From Bradyrhizobium sp. (lineage in GTDB: Bacteria > Pseudomonadota > Alphaproteobacteria > Rhizobiales > Xanthobacteraceae), in assembly GCF_019244115.1 (NCBI RefSeq), contig NZ_JAFATE010000506.1, positions 1 to 63,911 on the forward strand: a stretch of 63,911 bases of DNA, given 5' to 3'. Each line of letters begins with the position of its first letter. The stretch's first letter is position 1. The notes under the pieces were generated by a model that searched no databases, was not told the origin of the DNA, and saw only the letters and a list, made by a program, of their open reading frames with translations. Positions 1-9,766 of the stretch are shown here, piece by piece. Position numbers and translations under genes: made by a program.

Positions 1-917
1 GGCAAACCCAGGCGCAACCAGCCCGGCCGGTCCCTGAAGATGCGCGACCAGATTTTTGCGCGCGCCAGCCGTTCCTGCGCGGCGGCGGCATCGCCGACTT
101 CATAGAGCCGGAACAACGGCGTTCCGCCCACCAGTCTCCAGCCGGCGTTCTGCGCCATGCCGTCGAGCCGCGGCACCTCCTCGGCAAGGCGCGCTGACGT
201 CGCCTCCGCCCATGCGCGGTCCATGAGCGCCTGCTGGCCGATCGCGATCGCCGGACCCGAGACCGGCCAAGGACCGGCCAAACGCGCGAGAGCGGCGACG
301 TCTGCTTCAGGGCCAAGCACGAAACCGAGACGCAGGCCGGCGAGTCCGTAAAACTTGCCGAGCGACCGCAAGATCAAAAGGCTCGAACGGCCCGCTTGCG
401 GCGCAAGCGACAGGCCGGGCACCGCATCCGCAAAGCTTTCATCGACGACGAGATGGCCGACCTGCGGCAGCAGCGCGAGCAGCGCCACCGGATCGTGAAC
501 GCGCCCATCGGGATTGTTCGGATTGGCGATGATGGCGAGGTCGGCGCCGGCGAGCCCGTCGAGATCGGCAACGTCCCGGACATTCCAGCCGGCCGCCCGC
601 AACACCTCCGCATATTCATGGTAGGTGGGTGAAAGAATCCGTGCGTCGCCGCGGACAAGCCAATGCGGCAGCAATTGAATGGCCGCTTGCGCGCCTGGCA
701 GCGCCAGGACTTTTGCCGGCGTGGCATAGGCCTGGCGTGCGGCGTCTTGCAGTCTTTCGATATCTGAGCGCGACGGCAACGCCGTCCAATGCCGCAAGGC
801 AAGCTCGGGCACCGGATAAGGGCTTCGGTTGATGCCGGTGGAGAGGTCGATCCAATCATCCGGCCGGCCACCAAAGCGCCGCATCGCCTGATCCAGATTG
901 CCGCCGTGGTCCAACAT
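1..917 (-). CDS. cobD: threonine-phosphate decarboxylase (CobD; called CobC in P. denitrificans nomenclature), 3' end runs off the window
   Basis: Absent from the ORF track (no stop in window). Manual translation from ATG at 917 gives MLDHGGNLDQAMRRFGG..DWIDLSTGIN..PYP and the PLP-lysine motif LRSLGKFYGLAGLRLGF; lies directly downstream of cbiB. Confidence 0.9.
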   Translation of the reverse strand, partial: MLDHGGNLDQAMRRFGGRPDDWIDLSTGINRSPYPVPELALRHWTALPSRSDIERLQDAARQAYATPAKVLALPGAQAAIQLLPHWLVRGDARILSPTYHEYAEVLRAAGWNVRDVADLDGLAGADLAIIANPNNPDGRVHDPVALLALLPQVGHLVVDESFADAVPGLSLAPQAGRSSLLILRSLGKFYGLAGLRLGFVLGPEADVAALARLAGPWPVSGPAIAIGQQALMDRAWAEATSARLAEEVPRLDGMAQNAGWRLVGGTPLFRLYEVGDAAAAQERLARAKIWSRIFRDRPGWLRLGL

Positions 918-929
918 GGCCTCTGTTAA

Positions 930-1871
930 TCAGGCGAGCGCGACGATGACAAGCAGGCCTGTCAGCACGATCATCGCGCGGACATAGATCTCGAGCCCGA
1001 GCGCGACATCGAGCGCGCCCGGATCGCGCGCGTCCCGGTTCAGCCATGGCTCCTCCGCGAGGCGGCCGCGATAGGCCCGTGGTCCCGAAAGACGCACGCC
1101 GAGCGCGCCCGCCATGGCCGCTTCCGGCCAGCCGGCATTGATAGAGCGATGCTGCCGCGCATCCAGCATCATGCAGGACATGGCCTCCGATCGTCGTGCC
1201 GCAACGAGCGCAAACAGCAAGCCCGTGAGGCGCGCCGGGATAAGATTGACGATGTCGTCGATCCGCGCCGCAGCCCAGCCGAATGATTGGTGGCGCGCGG
1301 TGCGATGGCCGATCATGGAATCCAGCGTGTTGACGGCCTTGTAACTGAAGATGCCGGGCAGACCAAACAGCGCGCCCCAAAGCACCGGTGCCACCACGCC
1401 ATCCGACGCGTTCTCAGCAAGGCTCTCGATCGCCGCACGCGCCACACCGGCTTTGTCAAGCAGCGCCGGATCGCGCCCGACAATTTTGGCGACCGCCAAT
1501 CGCGCCGCGTCGAGGTCGCCTGCTTTGAGCGGCTGCGCGACGGCGGCGACGTGATCGTAGAGCGAGCGGAGCGCTAGCAACGGCCAGGCGATGATGCCGA
1601 CGAGCACGAGGCGCGCCCAGCTGGCATCGATCGCCGATTGCACCGCCCAGCCTACGCCGGCCGCGAGCGCGATCACGGCCCCTGCCGCCGCGACGCCGAT
1701 TGCGCGCCGCTGAAGCGGCGGATCGGTCTCGCGATTGCAGCGCGCGTCGAGCGCAGTGATGAGCCGGCCGAGCCAGGTGACGGGATGGCCGAAGCGCACG
1801 AACAGGGCGTCCGGCCAGCCCAGCACGCTATCCACCGCCATCGCCACCGCGAGCGCGTCCGCAAAGCCCAC
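930..1871 (-). CDS. cbiB: adenosylcobinamide-phosphate synthase CbiB
   Basis: GHPVTWLG, IVGRD, ESLAENASDG, YKAVNTLDSMIG and SINAGWPEAAMAG motifs; GTG start at 1871 with AGGAGAGG upstream. Confidence 0.95.
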   Translation of the reverse strand: MGFADALAVAMAVDSVLGWPDALFVRFGHPVTWLGRLITALDARCNRETDPPLQRRAIGVAAAGAVIALAAGVGWAVQSAIDASWARLVLVGIIAWPLLALRSLYDHVAAVAQPLKAGDLDAARLAVAKIVGRDPALLDKAGVARAAIESLAENASDGVVAPVLWGALFGLPGIFSYKAVNTLDSMIGHRTARHQSFGWAAARIDDIVNLIPARLTGLLFALVAARRSEAMSCMMLDARQHRSINAGWPEAAMAGALGVRLSGPRAYRGRLAEEPWLNRDARDPGALDVALGLEIYVRAMIVLTGLLVIVALA

Positions 1872-1990
1872 GCATCCTCTCCTGTTTGCCGCTTCCCTGA
1901 TGCGCAAGAATGGGCCGTCAGCGCAAGAGGCGATTTTGCTTTGTCACCATAGGCGATAGATGGTTATTGGGGGTTCGAGGACGGACGAGC

Positions 1991-2494
1991 ATGACCATCA
2001 TCCTGATCACCGGAGGTGCCCGGTCGGGCAAGAGCGTGCGCGCGGAAGCCCGCGCGGCAGCCTTTGCAGGCCAGCCGATCTATCTTGCGACCGCGGAGGC
2101 GCTCGATGCCGAGATGAGCGAGCGCATCGCGCAGCATCGAGCGCGGCGCGGCCCGGACTGGATCGCGCGCGACGTTCCGCTGGAGCTCGCGCAGGCGCTG
2201 ATCGAGACGGATGGCCGCGGCGCCCGGCTGATCGACTGCCTGACGCTGTGGCTGTCCAACCTCATGCATGCCGAGCGCGACGTCACTCAGGAGTTATCGC
2301 GGCTCGCGGCGACGCTCGCGGGCCAGAGAAGCCCGGTCGTGCTCGTGACCAACGAGGTCGGGCTCGGCATCGTGCCGGACAATGCGCTGGCGCGCCGCTT
2401 TCGCGACGCGGCGGGCGTGATGAACCAGACGATCGCCGGCGTTGCCGACGAGGTTGAGTTCGTCGTGGCCGGATTGCCGATGCGGCTGAAATAG
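1991..2494 (+). CDS. cobU: bifunctional adenosylcobinamide kinase / adenosylcobinamide-phosphate guanylyltransferase (CobU/CobP)
   Basis: ITGGARSGKS P-loop, EMSERIAQHR, IDCLTLWLSN, VTNEVGLGIVP, VVAGLP. Confidence 0.96.
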   Translation: MTIILITGGARSGKSVRAEARAAAFAGQPIYLATAEALDAEMSERIAQHRARRGPDWIARDVPLELAQALIETDGRGARLIDCLTLWLSNLMHAERDVTQELSRLAATLAGQRSPVVLVTNEVGLGIVPDNALARRFRDAAGVMNQTIAGVADEVEFVVAGLPMRLK

Positions 2495-2504
2495 CCTCGC
2501 AGTC

Positions 2505-3071
2505 TCACGCGCGATTGACCGCAACGATCCGCCAGCCGCCATCCAGGCGGTCGAGCCGGGTCAGCGACCAAGGATCGATCACGAAACCCAAAGCGGCCTC
2601 AGCGGCGATATCCAGCGCGATTGCAAGCGCGGCTCGAATCGTCCCGCCATGCGCGACGATGATGACGTCACCCGCCGACAGCGCATCGATCGCACCGCGC
2701 ACGCGCGCGATCTGCTCGACAAACGTCTCGCCGCCGGGCGGCCGGCTGGTTGCAGGTGCGCGCCAGAAATCGTCATAGGTGGCGCCGAACGCGCGCCGGA
2801 GTTCGTCATGGCTGCGGCCGGTCCACGCTCCAAAGTCCTGCTCGTTGAAAGCCGGCTCGACGCGCGGCTCGAGACCGAGCGAGCGCGCGGTCTGTTGCGC
2901 GCGCCGCGCCGATGAGGTGATCGCAGAACGGTTGGCGGGGAGCTGCGCGCCAAGCTGCGACAGGGCCGCGACATCGCTGATATCAGCCGGCGCCTGGAGA
3001 TCGTGTAGCAAGCCGGGCGGTCCCGAAACAGGCGCATGGCGGATCAGCCAGAGATGCGTTTCCAGCGCCAC
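2505..3071 (-). CDS. histidine phosphatase family protein, probably alpha-ribazole/adenosylcobalamin phosphatase
   Basis: LIRHA, EQDFGAW, PPGGE and VAHGGTIR phosphoglycerate-mutase-family motifs; directly downstream of cobS. Confidence 0.85.
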   Translation of the reverse strand: MALETHLWLIRHAPVSGPPGLLHDLQAPADISDVAALSQLGAQLPANRSAITSSARRAQQTARSLGLEPRVEPAFNEQDFGAWTGRSHDELRRAFGATYDDFWRAPATSRPPGGETFVEQIARVRGAIDALSAGDVIIVAHGGTIRAALAIALDIAAEAALGFVIDPWSLTRLDRLDGGWRIVAVNRA

Positions 3072-3073
3072 GT

Positions 3074-3835
3074 TCAGGCCTGCGTGGAGAGCAGCGCCAG
3101 CAGGGCCACCTCACCGACCTGCTCCGCCGCACCGAGAACGTCCCCGGTCTGGCCGCCGATCTGCCGCTGTGCCAGAACGGCAAGGCAGAACGAGGCGGCC
3201 GCCACGACCAGCATGGCCCTGATGGCCGCACCGAACGGCAGGCAGAGCAGCGCGATGACGGCCGCCATGAAGCAGGACGCAACGGCCGTCCTTGCGTCCG
3301 GCTGTCCGGCCGCGACAGCAAGCCCGTCATCGCGGGCGTAAGCCATGCGCGCCGCGATCACCGCGAGCGGCGCGCGCGACAGCGCATGAATGACGATCAT
3401 GTCGAGCAAGATGTCGCTGCGCGGCAGCACGGCCAGTGTTCCAACCTTGACGGCAAAGGCGACCAGAAGGGACAGCGCGCCAAACGTGCCGAGCCGGCTG
3501 TCGCGCATGATCTCGAGTTTTCCCGCCTTGTCCCGGCCGCCGCCAAAGCCGTCCGCGACATCGGAAAGCCCGTCTTCGTGAATCGCCCCCGTGAGCAGCA
3601 TGCCCGCGCCAAGCGCGAGCGCAGCGGCCGGCATCGGCGAGAGCCCTGCTCGCAGCAGCAGGAGATCGGCGCACGCGATCACCGCGCCGATCAGCGCGCC
3701 GATCAGCGGAAAGGCGCGATAGGCGCGTGCGAGACCGGATGAGGTCAACCCGGCGCGGCTCGGCACCGGCAGACGGGTAAGGAACGCCATCGCGTTCTGG
3801 AGGTCGTCAAGCCACTGGCTGATGATCGGGTTCAT
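3074..3835 (-). CDS. cobS: adenosylcobinamide-GDP ribazoletransferase (cobalamin synthase, CobS/CobV)
   Basis: FLTRLP, LTGAIHEDGLSDVADG, LEIMRDSRLG, GGQTGDVLGA; hydrophobic membrane protein. Confidence 0.95.
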   Translation of the reverse strand: MNPIISQWLDDLQNAMAFLTRLPVPSRAGLTSSGLARAYRAFPLIGALIGAVIACADLLLLRAGLSPMPAAALALGAGMLLTGAIHEDGLSDVADGFGGGRDKAGKLEIMRDSRLGTFGALSLLVAFAVKVGTLAVLPRSDILLDMIVIHALSRAPLAVIAARMAYARDDGLAVAAGQPDARTAVASCFMAAVIALLCLPFGAAIRAMLVVAAASFCLAVLAQRQIGGQTGDVLGAAEQVGEVALLALLSTQA

Positions 3836-3884
3836 GCCGTGCCATTTACGGAAAGCGTGCGGACGACACCAGTAAAACATGCGC

Positions 3885-4688
3885 TTATTGCGACGCCCCG
3901 CCTTCGAAAAAATCCGCCATCAGGCCGATATTGCTCTCGAACATGCCGATGCCGGTCTGGATGGCACATCCTCTCTCCCGCGCGGCCGCAAGCAGCGGCG
4001 TGATCTCCGGCACCGTGATGACGTCGCCGACAAAGGTCGCCGCATCGAGGCGGGCAATGTCGAGCGGTAACGGATCATCCGCCCTCATGCCCATCGGCGT
4101 GGCGTTCACCAGAAGATCGACGTTCGACGCATCACCGGTCGTCTGCCCGATCCGGTCGCCAAACCTGTCAGCGAGCTTTGCGAGCAGCGCAGCGCGCCTG
4201 TCGGTATCGATGTCGTGAATGGCAAGCTTCGCCACACCACGATCGAGCAGAGACAAGGCGATCGCGCTGCCGGCACCGCCCGCGCCGATCAGAAGCGCGC
4301 GGGCGCCTTGCATGCGACATCCAACGCGCGCAGCCGCATCCGTAAAACCCTCGCCATCGAGCATGTCGCCATGCCAGCTCCCATCCGCATTGCGACGCGC
4401 GACATTGGCGGCACCGAGAAACCCCGCGCGATCCGACAGCGTCGAGCAATGCGATGCGAGCGCGAACTTATGCGGCACCGTCGCGATCAGCCCGTCGACA
4501 TTGCGCGCACGCGATAGCACGGACAAGCCCGCGCCGACATCGGCCGTTGTGAGTTGCAACGGGACCACGATCCAATCCCGGCCGCGCTTGCCAAACTCGC
4601 GCGTCAGCCCACCAGGTGCTTTCACCTGCGCGATCGGATCGCCGATGATGACATGGAGCCGCGTCGCGCCGCTGTAGCTGTCGAGCAT
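3885..4688 (-). CDS. aroE: shikimate/quinate dehydrogenase family protein
   Basis: IIGDPIAQVKAP, TVPHK, GAAN, GDMLDGEGF, LIGAGGAG, NATPMGM. Confidence 0.85.
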   Translation of the reverse strand: MLDSYSGATRLHVIIGDPIAQVKAPGGLTREFGKRGRDWIVVPLQLTTADVGAGLSVLSRARNVDGLIATVPHKFALASHCSTLSDRAGFLGAANVARRNADGSWHGDMLDGEGFTDAAARVGCRMQGARALLIGAGGAGSAIALSLLDRGVAKLAIHDIDTDRRAALLAKLADRFGDRIGQTTGDASNVDLLVNATPMGMRADDPLPLDIARLDAATFVGDVITVPEITPLLAAARERGCAIQTGIGMFESNIGLMADFFEGGASQ

Positions 4689-4801
4689 CACAGAACCAGA
4701 ATCAACCAACCGGTAAATTACGGAACCGACAACGTCTCAAGCTGGCACAAACCCTGCAAGAGTGAAACCAACGGGTATTCTCCCGAGCAATGAAGGCACC
4801 C

Positions 4802-5017
4802 ATGCTTGTTACTCTCGTCGCTATTCTCTGCAACGGCCAGCTCTGCATGGAGAAGGTCGTCACCAACAGTGAGCAGTCCGGTATTACGATGGCATCCTGC
4901 GCAATGAATGGGCAGATCGGGATTGCGGACTGGCTCGCACACGGGCCCTACCACGACTGGAGGCTGGAGCGCTACAAATGCATCGCCGGGCAATATTTGC
5001 CGAAGCGGGACGTTTAA
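4802..5017 (+). CDS. small hypothetical protein with four Cys, probably exported
   Basis: Hydrophobic N-terminus MLVTLVAILC, four Cys, protein-like composition; alternative start at 4790. Confidence 0.65.
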   Translation: MLVTLVAILCNGQLCMEKVVTNSEQSGITMASCAMNGQIGIADWLAHGPYHDWRLERYKCIAGQYLPKRDV

Positions 5018-5217
5018 CTCACCGCGACAGCGCCCCTGCCCCGGACGCCTTGAGGCTCCCGCCCCGCGCAATTTGCGAGCGGACTGCGCGCCAGACGAGG
5101 CTCTGGGAGACGCGGTCGTTTACTCCATCTTCAGCATCTTGCCGATGCTGCGAGGCGCGTTTACCGCATTTGAACCGGACGCTGGGCTTAATCGCCTGCG
5201 GCAACCCGGCAAGCGCC

Positions 5218-5448
5218 ATGGCAGCGAGAGTGACCATCCCGATCGACAATGATCACGCGCGCGCGATCTGCGATGAGATCGGCGAGCGCCTGCGCATTTG
5301 GCTCAAGCGCGACATGCCGACCCGTCTCCCGCCGCGCTTTCAGCAACTGATCGAGCAGCTGGCCGCGACCGACCACGACGTGGCACCGTCGATCGTACCG
5401 TCGCTCGACGACATTTCGGACAGCGTGGCTCCAACGCCCGCAAGCTGA
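5218..5448 (+). CDS. small hypothetical protein, NepR-like anti-sigma fold suspected
   Basis: AICDEIGERLR...LPPRFQQLIEQL resembles the NepR core IGxxLR...VPDRFxxLLxxL. Confidence 0.6.
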   Translation: MAARVTIPIDNDHARAICDEIGERLRIWLKRDMPTRLPPRFQQLIEQLAATDHDVAPSIVPSLDDISDSVAPTPAS

Positions 5449-5450
5449 GC

Positions 5451-5663
5451 TCACCAGCCGGTAAAGCGCGGATCCGGTCCCTCGTGGATCTCTTTCAGAT
5501 AAGCACGCGCGTATTCTGCCAGTCGCAGTGGATCGCGTTGGCCGGCCGAGATGAGGCTGTCGATGTAGCGGGCCACCCTCTCGCGCGAGACTGCAACTTG
5601 CGCGGCGTCCATGGCGTCGGTCAACTCGTAGCTCTTGAAAGCCTGCTCGATGACTTCTCTCAT
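5451..5663 (-). CDS. hypothetical protein (70 aa)
   Basis: ATG with GGAG upstream; helical, charged sequence ending EGPDPRFTGW; plausible promoter upstream. Confidence 0.65.
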   Translation of the reverse strand: MREVIEQAFKSYELTDAMDAAQVAVSRERVARYIDSLISAGQRDPLRLAEYARAYLKEIHEGPDPRFTGW

Positions 5664-5694
5664 CGAAACTCCAACGCTGCGCTGCACTCGACGC

Positions 5695-5723
5695 ATTGCA
5701 GCATCGAAATTCGGGAGCGTCAA
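5695..5723 (-). promoter_or_regulatory. putative sigma70 promoter
   Basis: Minus strand reads TTGACG-N17-TGCAAT about 30 nt upstream of the ATG at 5663. Confidence 0.35.
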
Positions 5724-5768
5724 GGCTGGTGGGGTCGCAGCTAATTACCTCTCGCAACTTAGGATGAA

Positions 5769-6050
5769 TCAGGCTGGCCCCTCGGACAGCTCAAACTCCT
5801 GCTGGCGCGCCGCCACCACATCCGCCAGCACGCTCCCGCATCGTTTGCGATCGGCTTTGCCGTACCTCACACCCTTGACGGCCCAATTGGCCGCATCGGG
5901 CCATGGCGGGACGACCCGCTCGACGAGAACAGCCACCAATCCCTCGCATTCCGGATGGCTGGCTCTGACCGCGTCGGCAAGCGCCTGCTCCAATTCGACG
6001 CGTGTCATCGCCTTGCGCGGTTTCGACTTGTCCTTGCTCTTCGCGTTCAT
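5769..6050 (-). CDS. hypothetical protein (93 aa)
   Basis: Protein-like ORF (LEQALADAVR..CEGLVAVLVER..NWAVKGVRYG). Confidence 0.65.
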   Translation of the reverse strand: MNAKSKDKSKPRKAMTRVELEQALADAVRASHPECEGLVAVLVERVVPPWPDAANWAVKGVRYGKADRKRCGSVLADVVAARQQEFELSEGPA

Positions 6051-6100
6051 CGCGTCCTGCGTGGCGTTGGAAGCGGGGTGCCATGCTACCTTCCGACCGG

Positions 6101-6847
6101 CTAAACCAGGCAATTGTTACGGAAAGCCGCGTGACCAGGCCGAAATAAGCTCTCGAGACACGACAGGATATCCGCCGCGGGCGAGCCTCGCAAGCTGGCG
6201 CCAAACAAGCCGCCTGATGTTCGCGGAGCAGCGTTTGCCATCCGACAGCGTTCCGCTAGCCGGCTTTTGCGACGATTGCGCGCTGCGCCAGGGTGGCCGC
6301 AATTTCGGAGTGCGGGAGCTGGCGGCGAGTAGAAATAGCCCTGCACCAGGACGCCTCCAAGCTCCTTGAGCGTGGCCATCTCCGCCCCGGTCTCGACTCC
6401 CTCGACGATGCAGTCGATCTTCATGTCGCCGCTGAGCGCGAGCAGCGACTTGACGATCTTGTAGCTCGCCGGTTTCTCGTGCAGGTCCGTGACGAAATCG
6501 CGATCGACGTTGATCTTGGTGAGCGGCAGCGCATGAAGCCGCGACAGGCTGGAATATCCCGTCCCGCAATCATCCAGCGAGATTCCGCAACCGAGATTCC
6601 TGAGCATGGGGATTGATTCCTGCAGCTGGCCAAAATCGCGCGTGAAGGCCGTTTCGGTAATCTCAAGCTCGAGGCGCCGAGCCTCGAAGCCGCTCTTCTC
6701 GATCGTGGCAACCACGGCGAGAACACCCTCGGACGAGGTGAGATCATAGCCCGAGAGATTGAACGACAGGCGCAGCCCGGCGGGCCAGCCCCGGGCTACC
6801 AACAATGCCTTTTCTAGTAACGGGCGCGTCAGCCGGCTGGTGATCAT
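6101..6847 (-). pseudogene. 5'-truncated EAL (c-di-GMP phosphodiesterase) domain fragment
   Basis: SFNLS, LELEITE, LDDCGTGYSSL, IVEGVET and QGYFYSPP are present, but the N-terminal EAL motif is missing, DDFG reads DDCG, and the C-terminus reads through into non-protein-like sequence. Confidence 0.75.
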
Positions 6848-6852
6848 CCTAT

Positions 6853-7296
6853 TTAGCCTGGTGATCTGGCCACCACTGCGCCCACCGCGTCTTTCAGATG
6901 ATCGGGGATCCTGCCTTTGTGCTGAGTGAGAAGCAGAGAATCCAGCGGCTGATCATTCGCGTGAGCCCGCCCACGGCTGCCACTTCTGTGGCGACGTGCA
7001 ACACGCTTTGATAGGAGCGCGCCCGAAATTCCCGACCTCCTCGCCTGAGGCGATCTGGCGTTCGACACCCATTCAAGACACGTTCAAGCCGGGGGCTGGC
7101 GAATATTCCGCAATGCGCGTGCGCCGCTATGGTTGAAGCGGTAGCGACATAGAACGCCGCCATATCGAGTTCATGATTTGCGTAGGCCGCCTCGGCGCGC
7201 TGGACCTCCGCCTCAAATCGAGCAAAGCTTGCTAGAAGTCGCGCGGCCGAATTGGATAACCCTCACGCTCCCCTCTGAACTCTTCGATTTTGTCAC
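6853..7296 (-). pseudogene. frameshifted 5' fragment of a glycosyltransferase-like gene
   Basis: Joined frames give ..HCGIFASPRLERVLN..VLHVATEVAAVGGLTRMISRWI then, in a shifted frame, SLLLTQHKGRIPDHLKDAV, a GT-B/GT4-type N-terminus; interrupted by stops and frameshifts and ends abruptly at the EAL fragment. Confidence 0.5.
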
Positions 7297-7618
7297 AGGA
7301 CACTGACCAGCCGCTTGCTTGCGCCATTCTCGGTTACAAAAATTGACAAGAAATCCTATCCTTGCTGGCGACCTTGTCTACTCGGATTATGCTTAATTGG
7401 AGATGTTCGTTGCGTGCCTCATGGCACACGGATAGGTTAGTCGTTCTGATCGGTTAGCCTTTTTGCTGAAGCGGGTCCCCCACAATCCGGCTCGCTTTCG
7501 TTCGTAGTCTAGGAAGTGCGGCCTTCAGACCGGTTCTGACGAAGCGGTCCAGGCGGGTCATGTGGACCAGTTCAGGTTATATGAGCTTAAGACGGCAAAC
7601 GCATTTGAGTTGGAGCTG

Positions 7619-8722
7619 ATGATAATTCCTTTTGTTGACTTGAAAGTGCAGTACAAGGCCATCCAATCTGAGATTGATACCGCGATCAACTCCGTGTTGG
7701 ATTCCTGCCAGTTCACGCTCGGAACGGAAGTCGTCGAGTTCGAGAAGGAGTTCGCGACGTACTCAGGTAGTGTCCACGGCGTTGGTGTAAACACCGGGAC
7801 AAGCGCTTTGCACCTTGCGCTGTTGTCGGCCGGCATCGGCCCCGGCGACGAGGTCATCAGCGTTCCATTTACGTTCGTCGCGACGGCGGCGGCCATCCAC
7901 TACACCGGCGCGAAGACAGTATTCGTTGATATTGACCCGGTCACTTACTGCCTCGATCCTGCACTCCTCGAAGCAGCGATCACCCCGCGCACAAAGGCCA
8001 TCATACCGGTTCACCTGTATGGGCAGGCTGCCGATATGGACCCGATCTTGGCGGTCGCGCGAAAGCATAACTTGGTCGTAGTCGAAGACGCGTGTCAGGC
8101 GCACGGGGCCGAATACAAGGGGCGCCGCGTTGGAAGCATCGGCGACATCGGCTGCTTTAGCTTCTATCCTGGCAAGAACCTTGGCGCCTACGGGGAAGGG
8201 GGCATGGCGGTCACCGGGAATGCGACATTCGGTCGCTCGCTGCGCATGCTGCGCGACTGGGGGGCCGAAAAGAAATACGAGCACGTATTGAAGGGATACA
8301 ACTACCGCCTCGAGACGATCCAGGGCGCCATCCTCCGCGTCAAGCTGCGCCATCTGGATGGCTGGACCGAAGCGAGACGGCAAGCTGCGAAGAGGTATGC
8401 GGCGTTGCTTGCCGAAACCGGCATCCCGTTGCCGCAGGAGGCGTCCTACGCCCGGCACGTCTATCACATCTACGCGATCAGAGCGCCGAATCGTGATGCG
8501 CTTCATGCACGGCTCCTGGCTAAGGGCATTCAGAGCGGAATTCACTATCCCCACCCGATTCATCTTTTGCCCGCCTACGCCGATCTTGGCTACAAGCGCG
8601 GTCAATTCCCGGCTGCAGAGCAAGCCGCAGCGGAAGTTCTTTCGCTCCCGATGTATCCGGAGCTTACCCAGTCTGCTCAAGAAGCGGTAGCGGCCGCCGT
8701 CATCGAAAACTACCAAAAATAG
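7619..8722 (+). CDS. DegT/DnrJ/EryC1/StrS sugar aminotransferase
   Basis: IPFVDL, GTSALHLAL, PVHLYGQ, EDACQAHG, SFYPGKNLGAYGEGG. Confidence 0.95.
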   Translation: MIIPFVDLKVQYKAIQSEIDTAINSVLDSCQFTLGTEVVEFEKEFATYSGSVHGVGVNTGTSALHLALLSAGIGPGDEVISVPFTFVATAAAIHYTGAKTVFVDIDPVTYCLDPALLEAAITPRTKAIIPVHLYGQAADMDPILAVARKHNLVVVEDACQAHGAEYKGRRVGSIGDIGCFSFYPGKNLGAYGEGGMAVTGNATFGRSLRMLRDWGAEKKYEHVLKGYNYRLETIQGAILRVKLRHLDGWTEARRQAAKRYAALLAETGIPLPQEASYARHVYHIYAIRAPNRDALHARLLAKGIQSGIHYPHPIHLLPAYADLGYKRGQFPAAEQAAAEVLSLPMYPELTQSAQEAVAAAVIENYQK

Positions 8723-8763
8723 CGCTACCCTTCATCTTCATGCTTAAGTAGGGATAAACAATA

Positions 8764-9735
8764 ATGGAAATCGAAGGCGCTCGAATTCTTGTGACTGGCG
8801 GTTGCGGCCTGATCGGCTCGACAACGATCGATCTCCTGCTACGCGAGCATAATCCCGAGCAGATCGTCATTTTGGATAATCTGAGCCGGGGCACGACGCG
8901 AAATGTCGAGGAGGCGCTGAAGGATCGGCGCGTGAAGCTGATCGAAGGAGACATTCGCGACGTCCCGACGGTGCATGCGGTCACGCGGGGCATGGACGCG
9001 GTCATCCACATGGCGACCTTGAGAATAACTGCCTGCGCTGCGGAGCCGCGTGAAGCCCTTGGCGTGATGTGCGACGGGAGCTTCAACGTGTTAGAGGCGG
9101 CCCACGCGGCCGGTGTTCGGAAAGTCGTCACCGCATCGACAGCGTCCATCTACGGACTTGCCGATACCTTTCCGACCCGAGAAGAACATCATCCCTACAA
9201 TAACCGCACATGGTACGGAGCCTCCAAAATCATGCTGGAGGGCCTGCTTCGCTCGTTCAACGACATGTACGGCTTGCCTTACGTCGTGCTACGCTATTTC
9301 AACGTTTACGGCCCGCGCATGGACACTCACGGCAAGTATACCGAAGTGTTGATCCGTTGGATGGATCGTATCGCCAGCGGCCAGCGTCCCCTCATTCTCG
9401 GCGACGGCTCGACCACCATGGATTTCGTCTATATCGATGATGTTGCCCGGGCGAACATACTCGCACTGCAGAGCGGCGTGTCGGACGAGGCCTTCAACGT
9501 TGCAAGCGGGATCGAGACCAGTCTGAACGAACTCGCGGCGACATTGCTCGACGTCATGAACTCGAACCTCAAGCCGGAATACGGCCCCGAGCGAAAGGTG
9601 AATCCCGTTTCACGACGGCTCGCTGACACATCGAAGGCGGAAAAGCTGCTCGGCTTCCGGACGCGTGTCGGGCTAAGGGAAGGCTTAGAGCGACTCGTTA
9701 CCTGGTGGCATGCCAATCGTGAACTGGTGAGCTAA
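8764..9735 (+). CDS. NAD-dependent epimerase/dehydratase (extended SDR)
   Basis: LVTGGCGLIGS, YGASK catalytic motif, LRYFNVYGP, DFVYIDDVARA. Confidence 0.95.
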   Translation: MEIEGARILVTGGCGLIGSTTIDLLLREHNPEQIVILDNLSRGTTRNVEEALKDRRVKLIEGDIRDVPTVHAVTRGMDAVIHMATLRITACAAEPREALGVMCDGSFNVLEAAHAAGVRKVVTASTASIYGLADTFPTREEHHPYNNRTWYGASKIMLEGLLRSFNDMYGLPYVVLRYFNVYGPRMDTHGKYTEVLIRWMDRIASGQRPLILGDGSTTMDFVYIDDVARANILALQSGVSDEAFNVASGIETSLNELAATLLDVMNSNLKPEYGPERKVNPVSRRLADTSKAEKLLGFRTRVGLREGLERLVTWWHANRELVS

Positions 9736-9766
9736 GATCCGCGCTTTCATTCCTGAGGTTGCCGGC

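Noticed and set aside
1872-1990. Cobalamin riboswitch between cbiB and cobU
   Set aside because: Spacer is only about 120 nt and no B12-box could be recognised
5635-6369. 244-aa plus-strand ORF
   Set aside because: Antisense to better-supported genes; Ser/Arg/Ala-rich composition
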